Below, piece by piece: positions 1-14,680 of a stretch of DNA of 64,000 nucleotides (its first letter is position 1; every line of letters begins with the position of its first letter). The stretch covers positions 12,896,001 to 12,960,000 of the forward strand of contig NW_024704749.1 of the NCBI RefSeq assembly GCF_018977255.1, in the 5' to 3' direction. Below the pieces are notes generated by a model. It was not told where the DNA came from and ran no database searches. It worked only from the letters and a program-made list of their open reading frames with translations. Made by a program: the position numbers and the translations under genes. Origin of the DNA: Callorhinchus milii. Its lineage: Eukaryota.

Positions 1-2799
1 TGTCTCACTACTGATTTGAAGTAGTGACATTCAATCTTTCACATTGGGAGGAAGTCTCAATGAACTTCACAGGATATACTGTAAAGTGTAGTGACTATGA
101 CGGGGAGAGGGGAGGGAACTATACTCAGAACTGTATTATTTGATCCATAACCATATGTACCATGGAAGAGAAGCAGAAAGGAGCAGGTGTATTATTGCCA
201 TGGTTCCAAAAAACATGATTGGCAAGATTTGAGATTAATGAGCTGGAGGTCAAGATACTTTCTTAGATGGTTAAATCCAACACTTTGGGTTCCTTGCCAT
301 CTGACAGATTTGGTTATGGAATGGAAATTTATGTCGCTGGAGATGTGAAACAGAGATAAAGAATGTTCCCTTCCACTCAGTGAAGTGCTTGAACTGATAG
401 GGGAAGGTGCTGAGAACAGACATGTCTGGGGGGTGTCTGACGGTTGGACCAGCACAGCAACACCCGGCTGAAAGACAGTCTCACATGGCTCCAGTTGATA
501 GCAAAACTAAAAAGGGTTTTGTTCCTCAAACATTTTAAACTTAGGACTCAGGCAATTGTGTGCTGTGAGTCAGCCATTTAAAATAATCACCTGATGGATG
601 ATGACTGAAAATCATTACCATAGCAGGTTCAAGGGCCCAGGGCAGGAAGGCTGAGGGATGGAGCCTTAACGAGGTGCTGAGGCTTGGCGGAGGCAGCCCG
701 TGGGCCATGGTTGGCCCCAGGTTCATTACTGACACTGCTTCCTCATTTTACGTTAACTTTTCTCTCTTCTAAACTTAATAATTCAACTTTTACATTTTCA
801 AATGAAATGATTAGTTTTATTTCTAACTACTTTTGCCTCACTGATTTGAATCTTAATGAACATTTCCACTTAGTTTACTTATCTATGCGCCCATGCTCTC
901 GTTCAGAAAATGGCGCGGGAGGGCGAGCAATCAGGAAAAGGGGTTAAAATAATTGGCAAAGCAGGAGAGGGAAAGAAAATAGAACACTGATGGTGGTTAA
1001 TCAAAAGGAGTGGGGAGGGAGGAAGAAACTCTTACTCAACTTAATCCAAATTTTTAGATATTTCCTCAAAAATCCTAATTAGGGAGACAACTTATTTTTG
1101 ATCAGATATAACAATAGTGCAATTTTTACTTGTTTTGCTTTGAGTACATTATTTGTATGCGTTGAGCAGATATGATAGACTAGTTCAATGTTCAGATAGA
1201 ACAATGCCTTTATCTTCTGCATTGATGGTTGGTATGCAGGGTTTGTATGCACTGTTAACACATGTGGCCATATCACACTGCAAGCAGTTGACAGCACCAA
1301 GATTATGACAGCCCTTCTGGAATGAGGATTAGGAAGGAAGTCACTAGCTACCTCTACCCAAACTACATTTTGTAATGCTGAACAAAGACAATATTTTATC
1401 CGAGTGACTCCATAGAAAATGTCAAATAGTAGGAATACAATCCTCATGAAAACAGTATTTGAGAAGCAGGGAAAGTGAATGATCTTGGTCATGATAACAT
1501 GAGGATCAGTAACACCAGTGTTTTAGTGTTTTGGGGTTTACCAATTTATTGCTTCAGCATATTTCAATGTTCGCTTTGCTCCACCCCTGCTCGGGCTGTT
1601 CAGGCACGTTGGATGGTTCATGAAAATCAACTGATGGCTTGAGGCCTGACCTCACGGGCACAGGCTGTAAAGTGAAAGATGTCTCTTAGTCAAATTCTCA
1701 GTTGGTTTTAAAATTGTATTTGGGATCAATTTGACTTTGTTTTCAATTGAGCCCCAACCAGAAGCTGTGAAAAGTTACTACTTTGCACATGAGCCAACCT
1801 GCCTGTGGTTTGCTTGCTGGCTTTCCCTGTAGATTTTTTTTATTCCGTCACAATAAAGTGATTTGTTTGTTGTTCACTTGTTCAGTCTAATCTGGTTCAG
1901 AGTTGGGGGCATGGGGTTCTGCAGTGTGTAATCTCTGCTGTAGTGCTACGTGATGCAGTTAACAGTGGTTCAGTGAAACCCTCAAGCTGTTTCCTGTCTT
2001 TAAAATTATTTCACTGAGGCCCAGCAGAGGAACAAACATCTTCACCGGTTGTGTTGCCAAGAAATTCACTGCGATGAAGAACAGCAATCGTGGTCTCTGA
2101 TCTGTTTTTATACTTTTTTGGGTGAATACGTTTCCTGAGGAATTTGGGAGAGGTATCCTTTTGCTGAAATTAAACATTTGTTTGTCATTATGGTGGGCAT
2201 TTCAATGGATAATGTTGGGTAGCGACTGTTCTCAGAACAATGCTTAATGTTAATAGAGGCAATGGAACATTTTCTTACTAGATTTTGATTGGCATCATGG
2301 AGAATTGGGTGCTTCTGGCATGGTTGAATTCAAGCTATTTTGCCAACATTGAAATATGTGGGGCTAGTAGATGGATGAGTTCTCCCCTCCAGGTGATTTT
2401 ACTACTCCAATATTCAATTTTTAATTCTCATTTTTCTCCTGGCTGAAGTAGTCATTCTTTAATCTCTTCTACTGAGGTACAGTTCACAAACAGGCCTCTG
2501 GTATTTCGCCCAAGTGATCGTAATTCACCTGCAATTCCTAATGTAAGATATTTAATCAGAGAGCGTATTACAACTGAGGCCAATCCTATCTTAATCCAAC
2601 ACAGCACACATGGACCTCCAGTAGAGGCACTGGATGGCAAACAGGCCGAGGAATCCTGGTACTGAGTGAGGTCAGAAACTTCAACCCTTCACTACATCCT
2701 AGTACATACCAACTGATGCATGCTCTGGGAGAGGGCAAAGTTGGACATTTCTCCATAATCATTTCTATTTTCATTTTAAATTACACAACAGGAAGTTTA

Positions 2800-4815
2800 T
2801 AAGTTTATGCCACACATAGATTGGGAAAACCAAATTGGCAAAAGTAGGGTAGAGGAGGAGTTTATAGAGTGTATGAGAGTTAGCTCTCTGGAGCAGTATG
2901 CTGAGGAACCAACTAGGGGACAGGCCATACTAGACCTTGTTTTGTGTAATGAAACAGGGCTAGTCGGTAATATAGATATTAAGGCTCCTCTAGGGCAAAG
3001 TGATCATAACACAATAGAATTTAGTATTAAGTTAAGTTATGTAGTCAAATCTGAAGCAAGGATCTTAAATTTAAATAAAGCTAACTTTGCAGATATGAGG
3101 GAGCAATTAGCTAAAATAGACTGGGGAATTAGATTAATGGATATAACAATAGACCAACAGTGGCAAACGTTTAAAGAGGTAGTGCAAAATTCTCAGCGGT
3201 CACATATTTTTTCATCCATGGCTAACTAGAGCAGTTAGAGAAAGTATAAAACTAAAAGGGTTATAAAACTGCCAAAAAGAGTAGCAAACCTGAGGACTGG
3301 GAGTGTTTTAGGGACCAACAAAGGAAAACCAAAAAGCTTATTAAGAGTGAGAAAATGGATTATGAGGGCAAGCTAGCTAGGAACATTAAGATAGATTGTA
3401 AGAGTTTTTATAAATACATTATGAGGAATAGGCTATGAAAAGTAAATGTGGGTCCATTACAGGCAAAGACAGGAGGAATTATAATGGAGGATAAGGATAT
3501 GGCAGAGTCCTTAAATGAATACTTTGCTTCGGTTTTCACGTTAGAAGACAAAAGAAGTTTACCAGAAATAGAGATGAACCATGGGGCTAATGATAGGGAG
3601 CATATCAAGTAGATTAGATAGGGGGGGAATCAGTGGATGTAGTGTATTAAGATTTCCAAAAGGCATTCGATAAGGTACCGCATAAAAGGTCGATCCACAA
3701 GATTAGGGTTTATGGAATTAAGGGGAATATATTAGCATGGATTGAAGAATGGCTAATGGGAAGAAAACAAAGAGTAAGGATAAACAGGTCCTTCTCAGAT
3801 TGGCGGGATGTGACTAACAGAGAGCAGAATCAGTGCTTGGGCCTCAACTATTTACAATCTACATCAACGATCTAGATGAGGACATCAAACTTAATGTATC
3901 CAAATTCTTATAGGAGGGAGAGTAAACACTGAGAATGATATTAAAAAAAAGCTACGAAATATAGACAGGCAAGGTGAGTGGGCAAATAGGTGGAAGATAA
4001 AGTATAATGTAGGGAAGTGTGAGGTCATCAACCCAGGTGGCAAAAACAGTAGAACAGATTATTTTTTAGAAGGGGAGAAACTAGATGGTTAGCGTTCAGA
4101 GGGACTTGGGTGTCCTTGTACACCAGTCACAAAAAGTTTGCAGGTACAGCAAGTATTTAGGAAGGCTAACGGTATGTTGGCATTTGTTACAAAAGGGTTA
4201 GAATATAAGAGTAGGGAAGCCTTGCTGCAACTTTATAGGGCCCTGGTGAGATCACACCTGGAGTATTGTGTGCAGTTTTGGTCTCCTTATTTAAGAAAGG
4301 ATGTACTCGCCTTGGAGGGGGTACAACGTAGATTCACTGGGTTGGTACCAGGGATGAGGGGGGTGAGTTATGAGGATAGGTTGAGCAATTCAGGCCTATA
4401 TTCTCTAGAATATAGAAGAATGAGAGGTGATCTTATAGAAACCTATAAGATTATTAAGGGGCCCGACAGAAGACAGTGGGAGACTTTTTCCCCTGGTTGG
4501 AGAAACTATAACCAGGGGTCAGTCTTAAAATTAGGGGTAAGCCCTTTCGCACTGAGTAGAGGAAAAACTTCTTCACTCAGAGGTTAGTGAATTTATGGAA
4601 TTCTGTACCCCAAAGGGCTATAGATGCTCAGTCCTTGAACATATTCAAGACTGAGATTGATAGTTTTCTTGTGGATAAAGAGATTAAGGGATATGGGGAT
4701 AAGGCAGGTAGGTGGAGTTAGAATAGATCAGCTATGATCTTATTGAATGGCGGGGCAGGCTCGAGGGGCCGAATGGCCTACTCCTGCTCCTAATTCTTAT
4801 GTTTTTATGTTCTTG
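2800..4815 (+). mobile_element. CR1 LINE, 5'-truncated, degenerate ORF2 with an internal deletion near 3610
   Basis: ORF fragments carry endonuclease motifs (PTRGQAILDLVLCN, LGQSDHN) and RT C-terminal motifs (LYRALVRSHLEYCVQFWSP, RRMRGDLIETYK). Frameshifts and stops are present. It ends in a CR1-type 3' end ggccgaatggcctactcctgctcc followed by (ttcttatg)-like repeats. Confidence 0.93.
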
Positions 4816-6802
4816 TTTGAGGACTCAAATTCATCCCAGCTTTTGCAACATTGATTTTTTACATTGCACCTTACACCTTACAAATCACAAAACCGCTCTC
4901 AAACTGCCTGCAAAAAAAGGGGGTGGGGGGAGGAGGTGGTGAAGTATTGAAGACTGTTACTACCACAAGGCACCTTATGGAACCACTTCAATTTCGGATT
5001 CCAGCAAGTGTTTTAGGGACACTTAGAATGATGCAGACTAATAGTCATCTCTCAAACAAAGGAAAAGGAAAATATTTTTGAGGATTTCCTATAAAAAATA
5101 CTCATTCTGAAAATTGAAGAATTTGCAGGGAACTAATTAATTGCAAAAAAAGAATGAAAATGTGTAAATAGACAAATAATCACACAACGGAGATACTTCA
5201 AAATGATTCACTTTATACTGAAGTTTTAGTGTTCTCAGTTTCATGTACAGGTATACATACTTAAAAAAGGAATATTTGCAAATCAAAAAGGTAATAAGGT
5301 ATAAATACATTGTACAAATAACCATTTCAGAATATCTCAATCACCCTGGTCTCAAACACTTAAATGAATGAGCTTCTTTGAGAGACATTTGTTACACAAG
5401 CAACACAATCAAAGATAAAAGCAGGTCAAAGTAACTTCCCATTTCCTTGTGTACATAGACAAAGGGGAAGGTTTAGCATTTCCCTCTTAGGAAGGAGCAA
5501 CACTGACAATTTTTGAATCAAATATGTGACTAAATGAATGAAACGAAAAATACAAATGCTGTGTATGTGTAATGATGAGAAATTGTGGAAGATTTACAGC
5601 AGATCAATAAGCATCATTGCTGTGCTCAGGGCAGCTTAGCTTTCTGTGCTAACCAACCTGTTGTGCTTTCCAGCAATTCCTCTTTTTATTTCAGATGTGC
5701 TTTGCACTTTGTACTCCAGTGGTGTAGCTTAGGCTGTCAATTTCATTCCGTGCCTGGCTGGAGGTTGCTCCATACATGTGGGTAGAAACAATAGGAATAG
5801 TCTCAACATTTTAATGAGCAACTGTAATTAGTTTTCAGAATTGTAAATGGTAGCAGTACAAACTATTGAAGACGATATACTCTTGATAGATACAGGTTAT
5901 ATAGACCGCTAGTTGACTTGTGACATTCGACAAGACAAAAATGTTTCTCAATAAGTACTGTAGAAAACCAGAGTAACATTAATCTATTTTGTAGGATTGC
6001 TTAATGAGAATCTTTATTTTCATTGACCTGTGGATTCCTCTGCTCTAGAAGAAGTTAAAGCAATTTAGTAAGCAATACCACAAATAAGAGCAGTTACATG
6101 GCTTATCAAGCTGAGTTCCATTGCGCACCTTATTTATTTCTCTAAATTGCAACTCAATGTAAAATAGGTTTAAAAAATGTACGACTTGGATCTTGAACTA
6201 CTTGTCATTACAGTGATGGGGTAAAGGAAAACAGTGCTGCTAATTTACACTGTGGGAAGAGATGAACGGCCACTAAATGGTCTGTTTTATTTGTCGACAA
6301 AATATAAAATGATCCTGCTCCCAGTTAAATGAGTTGCTTCAACATGTTCTATAGTACTATAAAGTTATTGATTTGAATCTATAGCCAATCAGGAAAGAGT
6401 TGCTCACAACTGTGCTTTTTGTAATAACCTATTTAGTAAAGTGAGTGACTTTCGGTTTGATACGACCATCAGAAAAACTCAGCGAATTTTACCACAATCG
6501 GATGCAAGGAAATTAATACTTAAGAGGAGCTCCCACCTGTATTCTGCCCTGAACTGAATGTATAGGTTTATACACATCTCATGCTGAAGCCAATTATAAT
6601 ACATAACCTAGGGATAAACAAAATACGTTGTTTATACTACGCATGCTATGCCCACAAGGCACACTATATCATGTAAATAAACATAAGTAATGACGAGGCA
6701 GGAGAAATACCAGTTACAAAGCTCTGTTCTACAGTAATACAGAACCTGCATAAATAAATCTAATACAACCACACCGTGGACTTAAATGAACTATATTCAC
6801 CA

Positions 6803-6808
6803 TTTATT
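6803..6808 (-). terminator. Candidate distal poly(A) signal of SPECC1L
   Basis: AATAAA on the minus strand followed by a GU/U-rich downstream element (ggtgtggttgtatt). It implies a 3' UTR of about 3.2 kb. Other AATAAA hexamers occur nearer the stop. Confidence 0.4.
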
Positions 6809-9059
6809 ATGGATGGACGGATGTTAAAGGCAGAAAGCACAAGACTAATCTTTGTGATTCTTACTTTGAACTGAATTATGAAATACCATTTGTGCAACAT
6901 AGAGACTGCAAATAACAACTTCTAGCTTAGGCATCTTCAATGGAATAAGGCTATGTCGAAAATATGAGAGCTGCACCTTTACATAGTGTCATAACATGGT
7001 GAAATCTTCAGTCAGACCTTTATACACAGCTATTCATTAGCATCTTCCTGAGTCAACAGGGTAGTGCACTTCTACAAAGTAACTGTGAGCAAATACAACG
7101 TTCAGGACTCTTTGTGATTAAACGCATGTGTTGTAAAGTCATTTTTTAGACATCACACTGTTACATAGAAATCCTCACGCTTTAAAGGAGCACTTTTAAC
7201 TGGGGGAGGGGAGGGGAAGGGTAGAGAGCAGACAGAACCATATATCAATTTTGTGATAACGAATTTTGATGTATAGTGCATCTTCACATTGACTGCATGC
7301 CAAACATTTGAATGAAAACAGTGCTCCTTTAATGACCTTTCATATACACTTGTAGAATGTTGGTTAAACACGGTCACTGAGCCTGTTGATGTCAAGCAGC
7401 TGTATTAATAGTCATGTTAGAGGCTGGAGCACCCCAAAGATATTGTTGCATCTCCATGGATGTTAATTAAGCTTTTCACAGCATCAGAGTATAGACCACC
7501 AATTAAATCCCCACCACAGGTGGTTTCACCAGCACTTGCTAGTTTGAATGTACCCATTCCATGTAGCTTTCCCAGTTCGACATATTGAGGGGCAGCTTCT
7601 GAAGAGTTAAATACCCATGTATATAAACTAGCAGCAGAGTGCAGTGGAAGAAGTAAAGTACATTATGACCCAGAGACTCAATACTCAGTGGCCATGGGTT
7701 AGCTTAAACAACTGACAACATCAATATTGCCCACAGAAAGGGGTGATTGGTCTCAGTGACTGGCAAAGTGCTTCCTTACCAGTGCTCTATTCAGTGACAA
7801 ATCACATAAATAGCTAAGTGTTAACCTTTTTCTGTTGAACTTTATTTTAACATTTATACATTTCTCCCTGAATTGATGCACTTTCCAAGGCTTGGGCTTT
7901 TCACTTAGATATCCACAGAAATGTGAGATTTTTGGCACATATAAAACAAGATTTCTTATCACTGAACTTCCCTCAGCAACAGTTTGTGACCATAGCTGCT
8001 GCATTTATATAAACGCTACCACCGGAAGCTTTTCAAATTCTCAATAAATTAAACATTGGGAGTGGGGGGAGAGAGAAACAATTTGCTTATTTGTTTTATA
8101 AGATCATCTAGTAAAGCACAAGGTCTAGAACCTAATTTATCTGGTCTCCAAGCCCATGTTGTAGTAACTGAACTAAGATTTGGATCCAAAAGACTTAAAA
8201 ATGTATATAAAGTAGCAGCCAACAAGGCATTGCTGACTTTGTATTTAGTGTATAACAAAACTTTGTGTCTTTAATGTATAACAGAACACAGGAGCTTAAG
8301 CATTTCCTGGACAGGCTCATGTCGGAGTTTCACAGTGAAAGGCTTTTGCTTCATTAGGTCAGGAGTTGTAGCTTTCGTCATCATGTGATTCATGATGTTT
8401 ATAACAAAATAAAGGCACCTTGTAACATCATTTTTGTAAGATAGAATGTAGTGACCGGCTCACAAATACATTATACTTCTGTGACTGAGGCACCCTGCAT
8501 AACTTAGGATTTAAAGATATAAAACACTTTTTAATAAAATATTGTTCATAGTAAAGAATTTGAGTGAGGATTTCAGTGTCACTCATTGCAGCAAAAATTA
8601 AAATACTGTTTCTATCAAATAACACAATAACAGAAGCTCAAGAACAAATCGTAAGGCAGTTGAGCTGTGGTTTAGGTCTCCACGGAGCACATTTATTTGA
8701 TGTACGGACAGGAACAATGATTCATAATTTTGTGCTTTAGTTATGTATTGATTTAAAATGTTTTATTTTGTGATCGTAGATTGGTGAATTTTGTAGATTA
8801 TATCGGGTTTTATTCTGCAGCCTCAGGAAAGCCAAGCACACCTTTTTGCCTCAAATAAGTTCAGAACTATGTGGAAAAAAAATCTTTAAAAAAACATTTG
8901 CTGGATATATAAGCATGTGTCAGGGACCAGTGAGTTACTAAAATGCACATCAGTTCCTGACACACCATTTACTTCATCACTCCTGATTCTTCTTCAACTT
9001 TAAAATAAAACAGGTTTTGAACGAGTAGTACCATACGATCTTTATTGTCTATCGAAGCA

Positions 9060-9200
9060 GATAGATGGAACTCGGTTTAACGACTCATCTGAATGACAGC
9101 ATCTGACAGTGCGTGCTGGATTGTCAGCCAAGAGCGAGTTGAAAGTCCTGACAGGTTGGGCTTAAACCCACACTTTCTGATTCAGAGGCGAATGTTACCA
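9060..9200 (-). mobile_element. Old Deu-type SINE relic inside the probable SPECC1L 3' UTR
   Basis: The reverse strand reads like a tRNA-like head (ctctgaatcagaaagtgtgggtttaagccc) plus the start of the Deu core (gatgagtcgttaaaccgag). Recognised from memory of AmnSINE/SacSINE consensus sequences. Confidence 0.5.
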
Positions 9201-9978
9201 ATGGTCTTTCTATAAAGAATGTAGCTGAGGTTAAAAAAATCTTTCTTATTTCTGCATCATAATCATGGATTTGATAAGACAAATGTTAAGTTGGGTATTT
9301 CCAGCAGGGTATGAGTCAATGTAAAAGTGTGTTCAGATATTGCAAACACAGTGATAAATTGTGCAATCCATCACTACATTCCCAGAGTCATTGGTCAAAG
9401 TAATTTCCCCCAAGTTTTTCTGCCAACTGAAAACTACAATAGAAATGGATGTTTGTGAAACTGGCCCCATGGCTTCTCTCCACACACATCCATTCTCTCC
9501 ACACACATCCACACCCCCCTCCTTCCCCAGTTGTCGTCAGTGAGGCTGCCATAAATATTGTAGCTCACTTTCTCAATCCACTTCAGAAATTCTGTTTTTT
9601 ATCCACTCGAGTCAAGAGACAACATGTAAACGACTGAGCCACTTAATTTTCCCAGCATTAAATGGTGATTGAAACATTAGTCATTGACTGTTGTGTGATC
9701 CAAACAGTTAAAACTGCAGAGAACCAGACAGCTAACTTATAGGTGCATGTAAGAAAGCATTCATGTTGCTCAGCTAATATTTGTCCTATTAAATGAGAGC
9801 AAAAGAGAAATTTCTTCTTTCAAAAGTGCTGGGATTGTACAGCACACTCTGCTGAGGAAGACAGGGGTTCAGTGAGGGTGGAGGAACAGCAAGGGCGGAG
9901 CAAGAATATTTGCAGAGACAGTGGTTCTTTGCAAGACTAGAGGCTGCTCTGAAAACTGCTGTTTTGAGAAGGAAAAAG

Positions 9979-10068
9979 TCAAGTTTCAAAGTACTTGTAA
10001 ATGGCGGTTACGTACTGCATCACGCTCTGCCAGTCAGGTCGTTCTGTGCTCACCATCTCATTGATGTC
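9979..10068 (-). CDS. SPECC1L: SPECC1L coding exon 15 (last): [29 protein letters not shown]
   Basis: Acceptor AG at 10069-10070, phase 0, TGA at 9979-9981. Matches the C-terminal end of the cytospin CH domain. Confidence 0.96.
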   Translation of the reverse strand, partial: DINEMVSTERPDWQSVMQYVTAIYKYFET

Positions 10069-10178
10069 CTGGAGAGAAAGAACACTGAAAATTATTTCCA
10101 AAAGATCTGCATCAGGTCCTGAAATGGCCTCAAGACCACTGACTTAAAATTTATTGGAAAATTGTTAAATTGTCAATT

Positions 10179-10510
10179 TTATAATAATAATAATAATCCT
10201 TGCATTTTGATATAGCGCTTTTCACGTCGAGAGGACGTCCCAAAGCGCTTCACAGAACGCACTGTAAAGTGAATTGACTGTATATTTGTGGGCGAACGCG
10301 GCAGCCAATTGCGCACAGCAATGTCCCACAAACAGTCATATGGATTGAAAATGACCAATTTATTATTGTTTTTGGTTTTGGAGGGATTATTATTAGGCTC
10401 TGTGTGGAGTAAGGAAACTTGCCCAAGGTTTCGCCCTGACCTGCCTGGAATTGAACTCAGGTCTCTCACTTGCAAAGCGAGTGCTCTAACCACTGAGCTA
10501 CAGGACTCCA
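10179..10510 (-). mobile_element. Full-length young tRNA-derived SINE
   Basis: Head ggagtcctgtagctcagtggttagagcac with A and B boxes, L2-like 3' stem-loop and (tta)n tail. Near-identical to the copy at 20900-21238. Confidence 0.92.
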
Positions 10511-11580
10511 ATACTTTTGAAGAAGTATTGCAGAAAATTGGCTGGCGAATGAAGACTGAATTTTAGGAATTTTCAAAAATTGTTCACATCAAATTTAAAG
10601 ACACTGGTCTTAAGCCTTAACCTTGAAACTTCAAGCTTCATATTTCAAAATAAAATTATTTCCTACAAGTCATTAGTCAATAGGAAAATATCACTTGTGT
10701 TTCAATCTTAGACAAGAAAAGGAACAATCATGACAGTTGGCAAAATGATAGTAGTGACTATGAGCAAAGTGGAGGTTTTCAAATTCTAAAATTATGCAAC
10801 CAAATTCTAAAGGTCTAAATCAAAGCTGACTTACGTATGAACAAAGGTACATGACTGAAAAAGCTTGTTGTCCAATTTAAAAATGATCTTGTAACATTCA
10901 GCTTCTATACACCTTTTGCCAGAATTCTGCACAACTTCTCTCATGAAATTCCTGATATGTCGCTGCCTCCATTATCTCCATCTTCCATATATTCATCTCC
11001 ATCTCATTGCCCCAAAGTTCTGTGAGATTCTTACTAGACAAAATGGCTGAACAATCATTGTATGGAGACTAACATCATTCAACTACAAGAGAAAGGAAGA
11101 TTCTGCCTTATGATGCATACGTGACTAACAACTTACCTAAGTAGCTCACAACTCATGAGTTTCTGTTGGATTGCTGGTAGACTAAATGCTGAGACCCAAG
11201 GCTATTGACAGTTCCCCAAAGAATGGAATTCCCTTGATAATGACTATTAATGTGACAAATACTATTCAATTGTACTGATCACCCTGATAAAGTAAACAAG
11301 GTGGTTTAAAATAATTTGTGTTAAATTGTGGGTTTGGAAGTGGTTATTAGTACACTGCTCACTAACGTTTAGACCAGCAGATAAAACATCTAAACTGTAA
11401 AAAACAAAAGCTATTTAAATATAGAGAATGGAACTACATTTTTGTTTACAAATCTTCCTAGAATATAGTACCAGAACAAAAGGGAGCAAAATGATAAGTA
11501 GTGAGGAAATGACAAGACTTATGGTGTGCCTCAGAATTAGGAGCGAAACATTCAATCCTAATGTAATGGTAAGGACTTAC

Positions 11581-11640
11581 CAATGTAGACTTGATGCCAA
11601 CACTTTCAGCCGCCTGAAAGGCGAGGGAAAAATGTCTTCG
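11581..11640 (-). CDS. SPECC1L: SPECC1L coding exon 14: RRHFSLAFQAAESVGIKSTL (CH domain)
   Basis: 60 bp, tttacAG acceptor, GTAAGT donor, phase 0-0. Confidence 0.95.
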
Positions 11641-11776
11641 CTGTAAAATAAATACCCACTTAGAAATTAGGTTTCTTTGAATGCAGTCAAATTAAAGATT
11701 TTAAACAATCTATATAAATTACTCTTATATTTAAACAACTAATGACTACTTGTTGAATGGATGTGGAATTATGTTT

Positions 11777-12431
11777 AACAACAACAACAACAAGATTCCA
11801 TTTATAGAGCGCCTTTCACGTCAGGAGGACGTCCCAAGGCGCTGCACAGTTGGGTCATGACCCGAGCAGGGGGGAAATGGTCAGGGTGAGGGGAGGGAAG
11901 GGAGGGAGAGAGGAGGGGGGAAATGGTCAGGGTGAGGGGAGGGAAGGGAGGGAGCGAGGAGGAGGAAGAGAGTCGAGAGGGGAGCTGAAGGCACGGTCAA
12001 AGAGAAAGGTTTTGAGACCGGCCTTGAAGGAGGAAAGGGAGGAAGCGGCGAAGGCACTGGGGGATGGAGTTCCAGAGCCTCGGGGCTGAGAGGCTGAAGG
12101 CCCGACCACCGATAGTAGGGCGGTTGGGGCGGGGGACGTGGAGCAGACCGGAGCCAGAGGAACGGAGGGTACGGGCAGGTAGGTAGGGGATAGTAGGTTG
12201 GAGAGGTAGGAGGGAGCGAGGCCGTGGATGGCCTTGTAGGTGAGGATGAGGATCTTGAAATCAATCCTCTGGGGGATGGGGAGCCAGTGGAGGCGAGCGA
12301 GGGTGGGAGTGATGTGGTCCCGAAGCCTGGTGCGGGACAGTACACGAGCTGCAGAGTTCTGAATGACCTGCAGCTTGTGGAGGGAGGTGCCGGGAAGGCC
12401 GACGAGGAGAGAGTTCCCATAGTCCAGCCTT
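11777..12431 (-). mobile_element. L2-clade LINE 3' fragment (young)
   Basis: Translation RLDYGNSLLVGLP...LQVIQNSAARVL...HITPTLARLHWLPIPQRIDFKILILTYKAIHGLAPSYL is a typical L2 ORF2 C-terminus. Stem-loop and (ttg)n tail at the 3' end. Confidence 0.93.
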
Positions 12432-12632
12432 AACTGTGTGGTGAAAGCTTCATTCATTCTCAATACATGGAAATGAATGGATATGAAGTATTTGGATTAC
12501 AATAAGTGCCACTGAAGAGATTGCTTAATAATCACAACAATAAAAATACAGCCACTTCCACTTGAGCCTTAGGGTGCCACAACTCCCAAGCATGTACCTC
12601 GGCTGCCAGTGGCTGACGGTTTATATTGGAAC

Positions 12633-12882
12633 AAAAACAACAAGATTACATTTGTATAGCGCCTTTCACGTCAGGAGGACGTCACAAGGCGCGGGATAGT
12701 GTACAGCATTTCAGACCCAAGCTGGGGTCGGGGGGGGGGGTGGGGGGCGAAGGGAGGTGGCCGATGGCATGGGCGAAGAGGAGGGTCTTGAGGTGGGACT
12801 TGAAGGAGGATAAGGAGGGGGTGAGGCGGAGTGACTGGGGGATTGAATTCCAGATGTTGGGGGCAGAGTGGCTGAAGGCTGA
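12633..12882 (-). mobile_element. L2 3' fragment (older subfamily)
   Basis: [18 protein letters not shown]...SSFKSHLKTLLF followed by the L2 tail. Confidence 0.85.
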
Positions 12883-13345
12883 AACCCACTTAGATCGACA
12901 ATATCTGCTTGGTTGCCACAATGTCGATATAAGTATGTAGGACTGTATATGGTAAGTACAGAAACAGGTTCAGATGCGATGCCCGCTACTGTGAAAAAGC
13001 CTACCAACACTCACTGTCTGGGCTGATATATGAAAAAATGTAATTTAACAGGAGACCTAACCTGTGTGGATCCAGACAGGGGAGTCAATCCACTTCAGCA
13101 GGAGGGAGAAAATTGGAAGTGTAAAAGAAAACTAACTTAGTGACAAACACATTTGAAATGCAAGCAAAAAATGCTAGAAATGCACAGCAGATTGATTAGA
13201 ATCTGAAACAGTCTCTCATTCACACATTGACTTGAGGTTCATTTCTAATATTTTCGATTTTTCTTTTTATTCCACAAGTTTGAAATCTGCCTGGTGTATT
13301 GGGTATTCACAGGAGTAAAAACAGGTATTTCAATCAATACATTTA

Positions 13346-13495
<150 letters not shown>

Positions 13496-13707
13496 CTAGA
13501 AAGAAACAACTTTTTGAACAATTTTTCAATTGGTGCATCACTATATATCCCTAAAATTTAAAATAAACATGCAGAATATATAAAGATACGGAATAGATAC
13601 CCCTGCACGGCCTTCCCTTCATACCTCTCTCATTAGAATTTGGCTCCTACGATTCTTACATGTCATACCTATAGCCTTTCATGAGGGGATGCCCCTTGTG
13701 ATATCAT

Positions 13708-14680
13708 ATAATCCTTGCATTTGATATAGCGCCTTATCACGTCTTCAAGACATCTCAAAGCGCTTCACAGAATATTTCGCAAAGTGAATTGACTATATTT
13801 TGTGGGTGAAATGCGGCAGTGTTCCACAAACAACAACAACAACAACAAGATTCCATTTATAGAGCGCCTTTCACGTCAGGAGGACGTCCCAAGGCGCTGC
13901 ACAGTTGGGTCATGACCCGAGCAGGGGGGAAATGGTCAGGGTGAGGGGAGGGAAGGGAGGGAGAGAGGAGGGGGAAATGGTCAGGGTGAGGGGAGGGAAG
14001 GGAGGGAGCGAGGAGGAGGAAGAGAGTCGAGAGGGGAGCTGAAGGCACGGTCAAAGAGAAAGGTTTTGAGACCGGCCTTGAAGGAGGAAAGGGAGGAAGC
14101 AAGGCGAAGGCACTGGGGGATGGAGTTCCAGAGCCTCGGGGCTGAGAGGCTGAAGGCCCGACCACCGATAGTAGGGCGGTTGGGGCGGGGGACGTGGAGC
14201 AGACCGGAGCCAGAGGAACGGAGGGTACGGGCAGGTAGGTATATTTTTTTTGTACAGTGTTTTCTATGCAGCAGTTGTGCTATAGCGGCTGTGTAGTGAA
14301 TGCTTATGTAAATCTCTTCTATTGCGAGTCGGAAGGAGATTAATTTCACATGCAGAAAAGGCTTGTATGTTGAGTTAAATGATTGACAGAACTGGCAGCA
14401 GGCTATTTTTGAATATATGTGAGCTGAAGTTAAACAGATCAACTCTGAATGAACTTTACACTGTACACAAAATGTACAAACAATTGTGGATTGACCAAAT
14501 CATTATTTTTCCAGGGATTATTACTCCCAGAAAAGCGATCCACTAATCAACTAACAACCGAATTCCTAATTACTGCTAGGTAAACAGAGGCGTGTGTAGT
14601 AAGGAAACTTGCCCAACGTTTCTTTCCTGCCTGGGAATCGAATCCAGGTCTTCTTGTTTGCGAGGTAAGTGCTCTAACCC
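13708..14680 (-). mobile_element. tRNA-SINE split by a nested composite insertion (SINE parts 13708-13833 and 14476-14680)
   Basis: The SINE tail half lies left of the insert and the head half (gggaatcgaatccagg...gtgctctaacc) lies right of it. acaaacaa is duplicated at both junctions. Confidence 0.8.
13834..14240 (-). mobile_element. L2 3' fragment (young), nested in a SINE
   Basis: Near-identical to 11777-12180. Confidence 0.92.

Noticed and set aside
1-2790. ADORA2A or another coding exon at the left end (ORFs 192..455 and 1079..1492)
   Set aside because: No GPCR or other recognisable motifs, and no convincing splice-phase structure.
10179-10566. Duplicated small 'genes' MESCSSVVRALALQ.../MGERGSQLRTAMSH...
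   Set aside because: They are chance ORFs in the SINE consensus, repeated because the SINE is repeated.
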